Source of the DNA: Escherichia phage AV117
Sequence record: OR352947.1
Direction: 5' to 3' (one strand)
Length of the DNA stretch: 64,000 bases
In this document: positions 13,191 through 23,594 of the stretch, in pieces
How positions within the stretch are numbered: the first letter of the stretch is position 1
Layout: each line of letters opens with the position of its first letter
The notes under the pieces: model-generated
Told to the model about the DNA's origin: nothing
Databases searched by the model: none
The model's input: the letters and a program-made list of their open reading frames with translations, nothing else
Made by a program: the position numbers and the translations under genes

Positions 13191-13442
13191 TTAGAACTTG
13201 ATTTCTATCCAGTGCCCATCACGCTGGTCGTGATTAATTTTATACTGAAAGCCATTATCACGTAACCACTGCCCGACTTGTTCAGTTATAGTTAAATCGT
13301 TCTTTGATGGATAGTACGTGAATTGTGTCTGACCTTTGTCAGCGGCTTTCTCTGCCATCACAGAGAAGTTAGTAATAAAATCTTTCAACAAATTGGCTTT
13401 AGTGGCCAGGGCCCTTTCTCTTAATTCCTGTGCAAAACTCAT
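13191..13442 (-). CDS. hypothetical protein (T4 24.2/24.3 position)
   Basis: 83 aa ORF between rnlB and hoc, ATGA-coupled with upstream ORF. Confidence 0.5.
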   Translation of the reverse strand: MSFAQELRERALATKANLLKDFITNFSVMAEKAADKGQTQFTYYPSKNDLTITEQVGQWLRDNGFQYKINHDQRDGHWIEIKF

Positions 13443-13645
13443 TTCTTCACCTTTTTGTTAATCAAACGTTTACGGTATACAACTTTTTCTTTTGCTTTAA
13501 ACTTTGTCCGAGCTGTCTCGGCTTTAGTCCATAGTAATCCAACTTCTTTAGGTTGTAAACCGATTTTTTGAGCAATTTCTACGAATGAAAATCCCGCCTC
13601 ATGTAATGTATAAACTTCAACTTCAGCTCTCATAATCAATCCCAT
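13439..13645 (-). CDS. hypothetical small basic protein, possible helix-turn-helix
   Basis: 68 aa; segment FSFVEIAQKIGLQPKEV resembles an HTH; lysine-rich C-terminus. Confidence 0.5.
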   Translation of the reverse strand: MGLIMRAEVEVYTLHEAGFSFVEIAQKIGLQPKEVGLLWTKAETARTKFKAKEKVVYRKRLINKKVKK

Positions 13646-13700
13646 ATTATTTGGTTTGTGCCATTATATACATCAATCTCAAGTTGTGTTTTGTATGCTT

Positions 13701-13728
13701 TAAAAACGAAGAAAGGGGCCGAAGCCCC
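13701..13728 (-). terminator. terminator after hoc
   Basis: minus-sense GGGGC-UUCG-GCCCC followed by a U-rich tract. Confidence 0.6.
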
Positions 13729-13734
13729 TTACGA

Positions 13735-14865
13735 TTATGGATATGTATAGATGATACCAGTTTCCAAAGCAGTTTTATGGATGATGTATCCATTACGTGA
13801 TTCTTGAACATCAACTTCCGGATAGTCTTTCAACATCTTCTGAAGAGTGTAACGATGCAGGTAGTATTTACTATCTGGATCTTCAGTTTTCCAATCTTTA
13901 CCTTCTTCAGTCATTTTTTGGATTTCATCCATAACCCACCAACCGCACCAGATATAAGCTGAAGTACGATGTGGAAGAGGATGAACATAAGGTAGTTCAC
14001 CTTCTGGTTCTGGAGCAACTTTATCAGTTACCTGAACTTGACCTTCTGCTGTAATAGTTTTGCTATCGTAATCAGTTGCAGTAATAGTTGCAGTAACTTC
14101 AATAGTTTGACTTCCAATAGATGAGGTATCAACAGTATATACATTAGTTGTCCCTTCTACTGGAGAAGAATCTTTCTTCCATGAATACGCAATTTGCGCT
14201 TCTTCTGGAGCATCCGTAACATTAGCCGTAAATGTAGCCGAAGCATCTTGTTGAACGTTAATAGAAGGAGGAGTCAGTGTAACCTGTGGATTCATTGTCT
14301 TCTTATTAACTGTCAATGATACTTCATTAGAAGTAACGCTCAGTGCATCATAATCTGTCGCTGTTACTTGAGCTACACACTTGATTTTTTTAACTCCGCT
14401 TGTAGTAGGAGTGTAATTGAATGTAGCACTAGTTGCTTCGCTCACAGGAGAACCATCTACATGCCACTGATATGTAGCAGATGCACCTGATGGTTGAGAA
14501 GCTAAGGCGGCAGTAAATTGAACTGGGGTTCCAATTACTCCAGCTGAAGGACTATTAGGAGTTACTGCCAACGTAGTTGACTGAGTTTTATTTTTAACCG
14601 TGATAGTCGTAGTAATTTCTGCTGTTTCAGCTTCAGAGTCAGGAATAGTATTTGTTGCAACAACTTTAATTGTTTTTGTTCCAGCAGGTCCTTTTAACAC
14701 ATAATCAAAAGTTTCTGCCGATCCTACTTGAGGAGCATCGTCTACACTCCATGCATAGGTAATAGTTCCACCTCCAGTTTCACCACTGGGAGTAGCAGTA
14801 AACTGCTTAGTCTCATCTATAACTCCAGTAGGTGTTTTAGGAGTTATATCAACTGTAAAAGCCAT
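13735..14865 (-). CDS. hoc: highly immunogenic outer capsid protein Hoc (Ig-like repeats)
   Basis: 376 aa as T4 Hoc; repeated T/S/V-rich Ig-like segments; synteny. Confidence 0.9.
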   Translation of the reverse strand: MAFTVDITPKTPTGVIDETKQFTATPSGETGGGTITYAWSVDDAPQVGSAETFDYVLKGPAGTKTIKVVATNTIPDSEAETAEITTTITVKNKTQSTTLAVTPNSPSAGVIGTPVQFTAALASQPSGASATYQWHVDGSPVSEATSATFNYTPTTSGVKKIKCVAQVTATDYDALSVTSNEVSLTVNKKTMNPQVTLTPPSINVQQDASATFTANVTDAPEEAQIAYSWKKDSSPVEGTTNVYTVDTSSIGSQTIEVTATITATDYDSKTITAEGQVQVTDKVAPEPEGELPYVHPLPHRTSAYIWCGWWVMDEIQKMTEEGKDWKTEDPDSKYYLHRYTLQKMLKDYPEVDVQESRNGYIIHKTALETGIIYTYP

Positions 14866-14874
14866 AAGTTATCC

Positions 14875-15543
14875 TTATTTTAATGTTACGAAAGAAGAAT
14901 TACGAGTTTCACGAATTAGAACTGATCCATCGCGATTAATATAATAAATTAAGCTAAATAATGTTTGGTGAGCAGAAGCATGCACAAAACTAGTTGGGCG
15001 AGATTTCCAATCTGGGGTTTCGGCTATCCATTGATAAATCCACCAAGGAACAGTAACATATCCTGGGCCTTTGCCTAATTTAATGAGTGTAGGACTAAAA
15101 TTTTCAGGCAGAACAAATTTTACTTCTTTATTTACCTCTGCCTCAGGCTCTTTTTCAGATTCAACAACCTGAGTAATTGCTTCTTCGAATTTATCATGGT
15201 CGAATTCTTTTTCTTGTTCGACAACTTCTAATACTTCAACTTGTTCTGTTGGAGAATCAAACAACAGAATAGCTTCTTCTTTAACTTCTTCGTTGGTGAA
15301 ATTAACACCGTCCACATCATCTGCGGCAGTAATTAAATCGGTGATAGATAATCCATCAGTTTCAGGTAATGGTTCATCAGCCAGTGCGTTAAGAGCTTCT
15401 TCGATATCAATAACAATATTATCGAATGATTTTGTTTTCTTAACACTAATGCCAAATTGTGCCGCGTATTCAAACAGTTTAGCTTTGGCTTCCTTTTTAT
15501 CAGAAAGAGCACGTAACTCTTCAATATAGTCTTTATCGATCAT
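14875..15543 (-). CDS. inh: inhibitor of prohead protease-like protein
   Basis: 222 aa acidic protein between hoc and uvsW, as T4 inh. Confidence 0.65.
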   Translation of the reverse strand: MIDKDYIEELRALSDKKEAKAKLFEYAAQFGISVKKTKSFDNIVIDIEEALNALADEPLPETDGLSITDLITAADDVDGVNFTNEEVKEEAILLFDSPTEQVEVLEVVEQEKEFDHDKFEEAITQVVESEKEPEAEVNKEVKFVLPENFSPTLIKLGKGPGYVTVPWWIYQWIAETPDWKSRPTSFVHASAHQTLFSLIYYINRDGSVLIRETRNSSFVTLK

Positions 15544-15556
15544 GATATTTCCTCAT

Positions 15557-15564
15557 TATAAATA
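15557..15564 (+). promoter_or_regulatory. late promoter motif upstream of uvsW
   Basis: exact TATAAATA 30 nt before the uvsW ATG. Confidence 0.55.
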
Positions 15565-15593
15565 TAACTATATTTATTACATGGTAATTTGAC

Positions 15594-17108
15594 ATGACTG
15601 ACATTAAAGTACATTTTTATGATTTTAGTCACGTGCGCATTGAATGCGACGAAAGTACGTTTTACGAACTTCGTGACTTTTTTAGCTTTGAAGCTGACGG
15701 GTATAAATTTAACCCAAAATATCGCTATGGGCAATGGGATGGTAGAATTCGACTTTTAGATTACAACCGTTTGTTACCATATGGACTTGTAGGACAAATA
15801 AAAAAGTTCTGTAACAATATGAGTTATTCTGTATGGATTGACCCTAAAATCTTTGAGACCGAAGACCTTACCAGGGAAGATTTTGACGCATGGCTTTCTA
15901 AACAAGAAATTTATTCAGGCAACTCCAAAATCGAACCACATTGGTATCAAAAAGATGCAGTATATGAAGGACTAGTTAATCGTCGTCGAATTTTAAACCT
16001 TCCGACATCAGCAGGTAAATCACTAATCCAAGCACTTTTAGCTCGATATTATCTAGAGAACTATGAAGGTAAAATTCTCATTATCGTCCCTACAACAGCA
16101 TTGACAACCCAGATGGCTAATGATTTTGTTGATTATCGCTTGTTTAGTCATTCGATGATTAAGAAAATTGGCGGTGGTGCTGATAAAGCGGACAGAGCTA
16201 AAAACGACGCTCCAATTATTGTTGGCACATGGCAAACGGTAGTTAAACAGCCTAAAGAATGGTTCTCTCAGTTCGGTATGATGATGAACGATGAATGCCA
16301 CTTAGCAACAGGCAAAAGTATTTCTTCAATCATCTCTGGATTAAATAATTGCATGTTTAAATTCGGTTTATCCGGCTCATTAAGAGACGGAAAAGCCAAC
16401 GTAATGCAGTACGTAGGTATGTTCGGCGAAATCTTCCGTCCTGTTAGCACGTCTAAATTAATGGAAGATGGACAGGTAACTGAGCTTAAGATTAATAGTA
16501 TTTTCCTTCGTTATCCGGACGAATTCGCCGTTAAATTAAAAGGTAAAACATACCAAGAAGAAGTTAAAATTATTACCGGACTAAAACGACGTACAAAGTG
16601 GATTGCTCAACTTTCAGTCAAATTGGCTAAGAAAGACGAGAACGCCTTTGTAATGTTTAAACACGTTACACACGGTAAAGAAATATTTGAAGCTATTAAA
16701 GAGCTTGGATACGAAAAAGTTTATTACGTATCAGGTGAAGTTGATACTGAAACACGTAACGCGCTTAAAGTCATGGCAGAAAATGGTAAAGGCATTATTA
16801 TTGTCGCATCATATGGAGTATTCTCTACTGGTATTTCGGTCAAGAATCTTCATCATGTTATTTTTGCCCATGGTGTTAAATCAAAAATTATCGTACTTCA
16901 AACCGTAGGTCGCGTGCTTCGTAAGCATGGTTCTAAAGCTGTTGCTACAGTTTGGGATCTCATCGATGACGCAGGTGTAAAACCTAAATCATTAAATACT
17001 AAAAAGAAGTATACTCATCTTAATTACTTGTTAAAACACGGTATTGATCGTATCCAACGTTACGCCGATGAGAAATTTAACTATGTAATGAAAACAATTA
17101 ATTTATAA
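15594..17108 (+). CDS. uvsW: UvsW DNA/RNA helicase (SF2)
   Basis: 504 aa; Walker A PTSAGKS, DECH box, T4 UvsW size and position. Confidence 0.95.
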   Translation: MTDIKVHFYDFSHVRIECDESTFYELRDFFSFEADGYKFNPKYRYGQWDGRIRLLDYNRLLPYGLVGQIKKFCNNMSYSVWIDPKIFETEDLTREDFDAWLSKQEIYSGNSKIEPHWYQKDAVYEGLVNRRRILNLPTSAGKSLIQALLARYYLENYEGKILIIVPTTALTTQMANDFVDYRLFSHSMIKKIGGGADKADRAKNDAPIIVGTWQTVVKQPKEWFSQFGMMMNDECHLATGKSISSIISGLNNCMFKFGLSGSLRDGKANVMQYVGMFGEIFRPVSTSKLMEDGQVTELKINSIFLRYPDEFAVKLKGKTYQEEVKIITGLKRRTKWIAQLSVKLAKKDENAFVMFKHVTHGKEIFEAIKELGYEKVYYVSGEVDTETRNALKVMAENGKGIIIVASYGVFSTGISVKNLHHVIFAHGVKSKIIVLQTVGRVLRKHGSKAVATVWDLIDDAGVKPKSLNTKKKYTHLNYLLKHGIDRIQRYADEKFNYVMKTINL

Positions 17109-17133
17109 GGGCTTCGGCCCTTAGGAGATAAAA

Positions 17134-17367
17134 ATGGTACTTGAATTTAAACAATTTTTATACGAAGCATCTATTGACGAATTCATGGGTAAAATTGCTA
17201 GTTGTCACACCTTAGAAGGGCTTGAAGAATTGGAAGCTTATTATAAGAAACGTATAAAAGAAACGGAATTAAAAGATACAGATGATATTTCTGTCAGGGA
17301 TGCCTTAGCAGGTAAGCGTGCCGAACTTGAAGGCGACGATGATGAGGATGAGGAAGAAGACTTCTAA
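17134..17367 (+). CDS. uvsW.1: UvsW.1 small acidic protein
   Basis: 77 aa with D/E-rich C-terminus directly downstream of uvsW. Confidence 0.75.
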   Translation: MVLEFKQFLYEASIDEFMGKIASCHTLEGLEELEAYYKKRIKETELKDTDDISVRDALAGKRAELEGDDDEDEEEDF

Positions 17368-17423
17368 TTAAAAAAGGCCCGACCTTTTTGGAAGGGCCAA
17401 AACCATAGGCAAAAAAGGTAACA

Positions 17424-17591
17424 CTATAGTAAAAGTTGGGTTTCGTTCAATTGCTCTTCTGAACTTTCTGAAACCGGCATTTGTTGGACATAATTATAAC
17501 AAGGTCCAGGATGTGCTGGACCTTTGTCTGTTTCAACAACCAATGCAGAATCGATTGGAGTTTTACAGACAACACAAATCTTATCTGACAT
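17424..17591 (-). CDS. hypothetical small Cys-containing protein (not in ORF track, 55 aa)
   Basis: ATG preceded by AGGAGG RBS at 5 nt spacing; translation MSDKICVVCKTPIDSALVVETDKGPAHPGPCYNYVQQMPVSESSEEQLNETQLLL; T4 uvsY.-1/-2 position. Confidence 0.55.
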   Translation of the reverse strand: MSDKICVVCKTPIDSALVVETDKGPAHPGPCYNYVQQMPVSESSEEQLNETQLLL

Positions 17592-17623
17592 GATTGCCTC
17601 CTAAGTTGAAATTACATATCTAT

Positions 17624-17848
17624 TTATACAACTCGCATGCACATATCGATACCCATATCTTTTGTATAAAAATACTCGTCGATGTACCCAGCAAACTTCC
17701 CTTTAATATAAAGGACGTCTTCGCCACAAGGGTGGTCTGCCAGAATACGAATATCCCGGCGACGTAGACGATACTTTTCCATTAAGAATTTAATTTCAGT
17801 TTCAAATTCTTCATCATTGTTAAAGGCATCTTCAATTGAATAACGCAT
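17624..17848 (-). CDS. hypothetical protein downstream of uvsY
   Basis: 74 aa ORF, ATGA-coupled to uvsY stop. Confidence 0.6.
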   Translation of the reverse strand: MRYSIEDAFNNDEEFETEIKFLMEKYRLRRRDIRILADHPCGEDVLYIKGKFAGYIDEYFYTKDMGIDMCMRVV

Positions 17849-18261
17849 TATTGCCCCGCTTCAAATTCTCGCATATCCTGGATATGTTTAAGTGCAAAAC
17901 TACGAGACTTAACTGCGTCAAGTGCACCACTACAGAACTCAAGTAAAATTCCCCAGTATTGTAAAGTAGTCTCTATTTTAAGTACATCTTTATCTGCAGC
18001 CAGGACAGTTTTCATTTCAGACTTCTCGTATCGGTCCATACTGAATTCATCACCGTCACCTCGTCCCGAGTAGTAGTCTAATCTTGCTTTTAGAGCAGTT
18101 TTCTTCTGAGTCTCTATACGCAACATTTCTTTACGAATAAATGAGTGCTTACGTAGCCATTTGCTGTATAACTTAACATTATTCGCCGTCTCATATTGCA
18201 ACTTTGTCATATCAATAGCTAAGTCTGCGTCTAACTCTTCCTGTAAATCTTCCAGCTTCAT
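17848..18261 (-). CDS. uvsY: UvsY recombination mediator
   Basis: 137 aa, exactly T4 UvsY length; MotA-box middle promoter motif upstream. Confidence 0.9.
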   Translation of the reverse strand: MKLEDLQEELDADLAIDMTKLQYETANNVKLYSKWLRKHSFIRKEMLRIETQKKTALKARLDYYSGRGDGDEFSMDRYEKSEMKTVLAADKDVLKIETTLQYWGILLEFCSGALDAVKSRSFALKHIQDMREFEAGQ

Positions 18262-18314
18262 AATGTTCTCTCTTAACTAATAATCTCCCGGCTGTATCGG
18301 AAGGACCTAAAACC

Positions 18315-18341
18315 ATTATACATAGGTTGCCTTGAAGCATT
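18315..18341 (-). promoter_or_regulatory. MotA-dependent middle promoter for uvsY
   Basis: minus-strand AATGCTTCA (MotA box) 12 nt upstream of TATAAT, about 55 nt upstream of the uvsY ATG. Confidence 0.6.
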
Positions 18342-18738
18342 ACACTCTATTGCTTGACGCTAACTGAAGTTTAATTTGTTCAATATCGTCAGGGTTGTCT
18401 ACGACCGAAAATCTAATCTCTACTATAACCGTATAGTCATCATATACTGGCGTTACACTCACAGAAAGTTTGTCGATGCGTGGCTCATAGTTACGAACAG
18501 CTGCCTGGATATTACGCTCAATCGTGTCGGCTGTAAGTGGTGTCATGTTCTCGAAAAGTTCGTCGACCAAATCACATCCAAATTCAGGGTCGAAGGGGCG
18601 TGAGCCTTTTCTAGTTGTCACTATGCCAAGAAGACTATTTTTAATAGAACGAAGTCCTACAGAACGAGCAACGTCCTTGTTCCAATCCATACGCATTTCT
18701 GGGTCGATATCTGAATAAAGTTTATTGATATTAGACAT
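18340..18738 (-). CDS. 25: baseplate wedge protein gp25
   Basis: 132 aa, T4 gp25 length, coupled to gene 26. Confidence 0.9.
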   Translation of the reverse strand: MSNINKLYSDIDPEMRMDWNKDVARSVGLRSIKNSLLGIVTTRKGSRPFDPEFGCDLVDELFENMTPLTADTIERNIQAAVRNYEPRIDKLSVSVTPVYDDYTVIVEIRFSVVDNPDDIEQIKLQLASSNRV

Positions 18739-19364
18739 TATAGTAACTCAAAGAATTCTTTGAGGCCTCGTATTGTGTGAACGTGTGACGCCCCACATTT
18801 GGGACATTTAATAGGGGTTGCCAGATAAATTGATGGCGATACTAAAAGATTTTTAATATTGATCATGTCATCTTCTGTTATAAGGCCGTAAAGGTCGTTT
18901 ATTTCTGCTTCAGTTAAATCTTCAACAGGGATGGACTCTCCATTGACAAAAACAGCCTCAATACATGAAGCAATCATTAATGCGATATTTTTATCGTCAA
19001 ATAATTTAGGTTGACGGAACTTAATTTTAATACCACTGAACGAATACCAGGGATCGGCCTGTTCATCTAATTGAGTGTGCAATAAATTCATATAGACTTG
19101 AAATGAATGCCCACAGGAACAATTCCAGGTGTGTTCTTGATTCACTTCACCTAATGAATGTGCCCACAGATTTACCAACAATAACTCGGCTTCTTGTTTA
19201 GTCAAGTTTTTAGCGTTAGAACAATTAGTGATAATATCGTTCACTGCTGATTCAATAGTACCGGTAGCCCGCGCACCTATGAGTCCTAAATATTCTTTTA
19301 AAGTAAAGGCTCTACAATTCACTTCTTTATCGCCTAAACGTACGGTAAACGTATATTTGTACAT
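18738..19364 (-). CDS. 26: baseplate hub protein gp26
   Basis: 208 aa, T4 gp26 length; divergent from gene 51. Confidence 0.85.
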   Translation of the reverse strand: MYKYTFTVRLGDKEVNCRAFTLKEYLGLIGARATGTIESAVNDIITNCSNAKNLTKQEAELLLVNLWAHSLGEVNQEHTWNCSCGHSFQVYMNLLHTQLDEQADPWYSFSGIKIKFRQPKLFDDKNIALMIASCIEAVFVNGESIPVEDLTEAEINDLYGLITEDDMINIKNLLVSPSIYLATPIKCPKCGASHVHTIRGLKEFFELL

Positions 19365-19383
19365 GTTAACTCCTTTATTGTGT

Positions 19384-19391
19384 ATTTATAA
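19384..19391 (-). promoter_or_regulatory. divergent late promoter motif for genes 26/25
   Basis: reverse complement reads TATAAATA, about 20 nt upstream of the gene 26 ATG. Confidence 0.5.
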
Positions 19392-19394
19392 ATA
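19387..19394 (+). promoter_or_regulatory. late promoter motif upstream of gene 51
   Basis: TATAAATA 18 nt before the gene 51 ATG; part of palindrome TATTTATAAATA. Confidence 0.6.
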
Positions 19395-19411
19395 ATAGAA
19401 AAGGAGTAATT

Positions 19412-20164
19412 ATGGCTAATATAATTCGTTGTAAATTACCGGATGGTGTTCATCGTTTTAAGCCGTTCACTGTGGCGGATTATAGAGACTTTTTACTAGT
19501 TAGAAATGATATCGAACATCGTTCGCCGCAAGAACAAAAAGAAATAATTGCCGATCTGATTGATGATTATTTTGGCGAGTACCCTAAAACATGGCAACCA
19601 TTTATATTCCTGCAAGTTTTTGCAGGCTCTATAGGCAAAACAAAAGTTCCCGTTATTTTCACTTGCCCTAAATGCTCTAAAGAAAAAACTGCACCATTTG
19701 AGATATATCAAAAAGAACTAGTCGAACCTGAACTTGATGTTGCTGGTATAAAAATACGTTTTTCTTTCCCTGAAAAGTTTTATGACAATAAAGCATTAAT
19801 GATAAGTGAAAACATAAAAGAAATATATTATAATGATGAATGGTACCCATGGAATGATTTGACTGAAGAGAACCAAATCCAAGTAATAGAAGCAATAGAC
19901 ATTGACTCTCTCGAGAAGGTTATTGCTTCTATGAACCCTATTAATTTGACCCTTAGATTAGGTTGTTGTGAACGTCATGTTAAAACATATACTGATATCT
20001 TAGAGGTTTTTAAATTGTTAGTTAACCCTGATGAGATTTTTACATTCTATCAGATAAACCATTCACTAGTAAAGAGTCAATACACATTGGATTCTATTAT
20101 GCAAATGATTCCTGTTGAACGTGGTATTGCTTTAACATTAGTAGAAAAGGACCATAAAAAATGA
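19412..20164 (+). CDS. 51: baseplate hub assembly catalyst gp51
   Basis: 250 aa, synteny, TATAAATA upstream. Confidence 0.85.
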   Translation: MANIIRCKLPDGVHRFKPFTVADYRDFLLVRNDIEHRSPQEQKEIIADLIDDYFGEYPKTWQPFIFLQVFAGSIGKTKVPVIFTCPKCSKEKTAPFEIYQKELVEPELDVAGIKIRFSFPEKFYDNKALMISENIKEIYYNDEWYPWNDLTEENQIQVIEAIDIDSLEKVIASMNPINLTLRLGCCERHVKTYTDILEVFKLLVNPDEIFTFYQINHSLVKSQYTLDSIMQMIPVERGIALTLVEKDHKK

Positions 20165-21333
20165 CAGTATTCCAACGTCCAGGATATCCTAACTTAAGCG
20201 TTAAATTATATCAAGATTATTCGGCTTGGCAAGAAAATAGATACGTTGAACTCGCAGCAACAATAACAACTTTAACCATGCGAGATTCGCTATATGGAAG
20301 AAATGAAGGGATTCTTCAATTTTATGACACTAAAAACATCCACACTAAAATGGATGGTAGACAGATAGTCCAAATCTCTGTTTCAAATTCAAACACACCT
20401 CTCCAAGTTAGAACTCGAATTTACGGATGTAGGCATTATTCTGTGTCTGTGGACTCAAAAGGTGACAATATTATTGCAATTGAGCTTGGAACAATACATT
20501 CTATAGAGAACCTTAAATTTGGGCGACCATTCTTCTCAGACGCAGGAGAATCTATACATGAAATGTTAGGTGTCATATATAAAGACCGTACGTTAATTAC
20601 TCCGCCAATAAACACTATTAATGCTTATGTTCCTGATATTCCTTGGACAAGCACATTTGATGATTATTTGGCATATGTCAGAGAATTAGGACTTGCTACA
20701 GCGAGTGATAAGTTCGTATTCGTATGGCAAGATATTTTAGGCGTAAACATGATTGACTATGATACTCTTATTGGTCAGGAAGGCATTAAGATGATTGTAG
20801 GCGAGCCAAATACTGTAGGTCAGTATATTCAAGAGCTTGAGTATCCATTAGTATGGGATTTCACCTGGATGACTAAAGCTAACCAATTTACAAGAGACCC
20901 TATTAAAAACGCCACGATATTTGCTCATTCATTTTTAGATACATCTATTCCGGTTATTGTTACAGGTGATGGTGATAATGCTATTCTTGTGTCAAGATCA
21001 GGTGGATATTCCGAAATGACCTATCGTAATGGATTTGAAGAAGCAAGTCGTCTTCAGACAATGGCTCAATATGACGGATATGCTAAATGCACTACTACAG
21101 GTAATTTTAACATAACGCCTGCTACTAAAATTATATTTGTTGACCAAAAGAACCAATTCAAATCCGAATTTTACGTGGATGAAGTTATTCATGAGTTATC
21201 AAATAACAACTCACAAACTCATCTGTACATGTTTACCAACTCAATGGTGTTAGAACCTGTTAACCCAGTTAAGGTTAAAAATGAACTTAAATCTGATTCT
21301 ACCTCTAAAGAAAATAATTCTACCACAGTCTAA
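20161..21333 (+). CDS. 27: baseplate hub protein gp27
   Basis: 390 aa, T4 gp27 size and position. Confidence 0.9.
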   Translation: MTVFQRPGYPNLSVKLYQDYSAWQENRYVELAATITTLTMRDSLYGRNEGILQFYDTKNIHTKMDGRQIVQISVSNSNTPLQVRTRIYGCRHYSVSVDSKGDNIIAIELGTIHSIENLKFGRPFFSDAGESIHEMLGVIYKDRTLITPPINTINAYVPDIPWTSTFDDYLAYVRELGLATASDKFVFVWQDILGVNMIDYDTLIGQEGIKMIVGEPNTVGQYIQELEYPLVWDFTWMTKANQFTRDPIKNATIFAHSFLDTSIPVIVTGDGDNAILVSRSGGYSEMTYRNGFEEASRLQTMAQYDGYAKCTTTGNFNITPATKIIFVDQKNQFKSEFYVDEVIHELSNNNSQTHLYMFTNSMVLEPVNPVKVKNELKSDSTSKENNSTTV

Positions 21334-21814
21334 TAAAAAGGTAATGATTCCTAAATTAGGGCTCAAACATTATAATCTTTTAAAGGACGTTAAAGGTCCT
21401 GACGAAAACATGAAAATCTTAGCTGATTCTATTTGTAAAAATATGAGTCCAGCAGATTTTGATTTTGCATGTCTACACATATTGGAATTTAATAACAAAC
21501 TTAAGTCTGAAGTTGAAAAAGATGGATTCACTTATAAACTAGATGACGTCTATGTATGCCAACGAACAGAATTCCAATTTCAAGGTAATACTTTTTATTT
21601 TAGACCCCCAGGCAAATTTGAACAATTCGCTACAATCAGTGAAATGCTATCAAATTGCTTAATAAAAGTTAATGACGAAGAGAAAGAAATTTCTTTCCTT
21701 GAGATGCCTGCTTTTGTAATCAAATGGGCAGAAGACCTTTCGACAACTATTGCTATTCCAGGCCCTAATGGCCCTATTAAGGGTATAGCGGAAATTATTG
21801 GATTGCTTGAATGA
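21281..21814 (+). CDS. 28: baseplate hub distal protein gp28
   Basis: 177 aa, overlaps gene 27 end as in T4. Confidence 0.85.
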   Translation: MNLNLILPLKKIILPQSNKKVMIPKLGLKHYNLLKDVKGPDENMKILADSICKNMSPADFDFACLHILEFNNKLKSEVEKDGFTYKLDDVYVCQRTEFQFQGNTFYFRPPGKFEQFATISEMLSNCLIKVNDEEKEISFLEMPAFVIKWAEDLSTTIAIPGPNGPIKGIAEIIGLLE

Positions 21815-23586
21815 AACCTGAAGAAATGAAATCCATGCGTAGAAATAAGGTCATTGCCGATAATAAACCACAAAAAGTAGCTGCAACAGCAGCTACTGAT
21901 TCATTAGAAGCATTGAATAACATTTCATCAAAACTAGACGATGTCCAAGCCGCGTCTGAACTCACATCACAAAGTGTAGAAGATAAAGGCAATGGAATTA
22001 TTGAATCAATTGGAGACTTAAAGAATTCGACAGATAATACTGCTGAAGGCACAGAGCTTATCGCAGAAGTTATTGAAAAACAAACTGAAGTCACTAAAAG
22101 TATAAACGAAGTTTCTAGTGCAATAAGCTCCAAGTTAGACCGATTAGCTACATTATTAGAGCAAAAATTACAAACATCTACCGCTATTCAAAATACAGGA
22201 GGCACCTCTCTTGAAGTAATTGAGAACGCAATACCTGTTAAAGTGGTTGATAACGAAACTTATGATGAGTTGTTTAAAGCATTACCTACACCTGAAAAGA
22301 TTGATAATAAGCCAGACGAAGATTTCTTCCCAGCCCCGGTTCAAGAAAGTGCTAATTCTACTTCTTCTGATTCTAAAGGCGGAATTAGCTTTAAATTGAG
22401 CGATAAAATTGCAATGCTCACCAAAACAGTTCAAGCCGGGTTTAATAAATCAATATCAATTTCAGACAGAATTGCTGGAATGCTTTTCAAATACACTATA
22501 ACGGCTGCTATTGAAGCAGCAAAAATGGCAGCACTTATTCTTGGTATTGTTATCGGTATTGATTTATTGATAGTCCATTTCAAATATTGGACAGACAAGT
22601 TCACTTCTGCCTGGGATTTATTTGATGAAAACTTTACTAAATTCTCAGATGAAGCTAAAGAGTGGGGTAAATTCTTAAGTGATATATTCACTTCTATTGA
22701 CTCTATAAAACAATTGTGGGAAGCTGGAGACTGGGGTGGTTTAACCGTTGCTATTGTCAAAGGTGTAGGAACAGCGTTAATGAACTTAGGTGAACTAATT
22801 CAATTAGGAATGGCTAAACTCTCTGCGTCTATATTGCGTGCTATAGGTTTTGGTGATACCGCGGACGAAATAGAAGGACGTGCTTTGGAAGGATTCCAAG
22901 AAACTACTGGGAACACATTAAAGAAAGAAGACCAAGAGAAAGTCGCTAAATATCAAATGAAGCGTGACGACGGGGAATTAGGAACCGTTTCTAAAGGTCT
23001 TGATATGTTACAACGCGGCAAAACATTTGTTACTAACTGGGTTCGTGGTAATGACAATAAAGAAGAGTTTAGTACAAGCGATGAACGTGCTGCGGAATCG
23101 GCAAAATTAAAAGAGTTACCTGAAGAGGAGCGTAAAGAGGCATATATAAAAGCTAATGAAACTCGTGCGGCACTAGTTAGATTTGAGGATTATATCGATA
23201 AAATCGATATGACTAATCCGGAAAATGCTAAAAACGTCGAGAAGTCTTATGCTGATTTAAGTAAACTTATTAAAGACCCTGAACTTAATAAAACTCCTGT
23301 TGTTAAAAAGGAATTAGATGCTAGATTTGAAAAGCTAAATAATAAAATGGCTGAAGCCAAAAAGGCTCAGACGACAGTTAAGCCTGAATCTTCGACTAAA
23401 TCTCCTGAAGCAAAACAAGTTCAGTCAATAGAGAAAGGACGTGCTTCTGAATCTAAACAACAGCAACCGGTAGCGGCGATTAGTAACACAAATAATGTCG
23501 TCAAAAAGAATACCGTAGTCCAGAATATGACCCCTGTAACAAGTACAACGGCTCCTGGAATTTTCCATGCCACCGGTGTTAATTAA
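21811..23586 (+). CDS. 29: baseplate hub / tail length determinator gp29
   Basis: 591 aa, coiled-coil-rich, T4 gp29 size and position. Confidence 0.9.
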   Translation: MKPEEMKSMRRNKVIADNKPQKVAATAATDSLEALNNISSKLDDVQAASELTSQSVEDKGNGIIESIGDLKNSTDNTAEGTELIAEVIEKQTEVTKSINEVSSAISSKLDRLATLLEQKLQTSTAIQNTGGTSLEVIENAIPVKVVDNETYDELFKALPTPEKIDNKPDEDFFPAPVQESANSTSSDSKGGISFKLSDKIAMLTKTVQAGFNKSISISDRIAGMLFKYTITAAIEAAKMAALILGIVIGIDLLIVHFKYWTDKFTSAWDLFDENFTKFSDEAKEWGKFLSDIFTSIDSIKQLWEAGDWGGLTVAIVKGVGTALMNLGELIQLGMAKLSASILRAIGFGDTADEIEGRALEGFQETTGNTLKKEDQEKVAKYQMKRDDGELGTVSKGLDMLQRGKTFVTNWVRGNDNKEEFSTSDERAAESAKLKELPEEERKEAYIKANETRAALVRFEDYIDKIDMTNPENAKNVEKSYADLSKLIKDPELNKTPVVKKELDARFEKLNNKMAEAKKAQTTVKPESSTKSPEAKQVQSIEKGRASESKQQQPVAAISNTNNVVKKNTVVQNMTPVTSTTAPGIFHATGVN

Positions 23587-23594
23587 GGATTATT

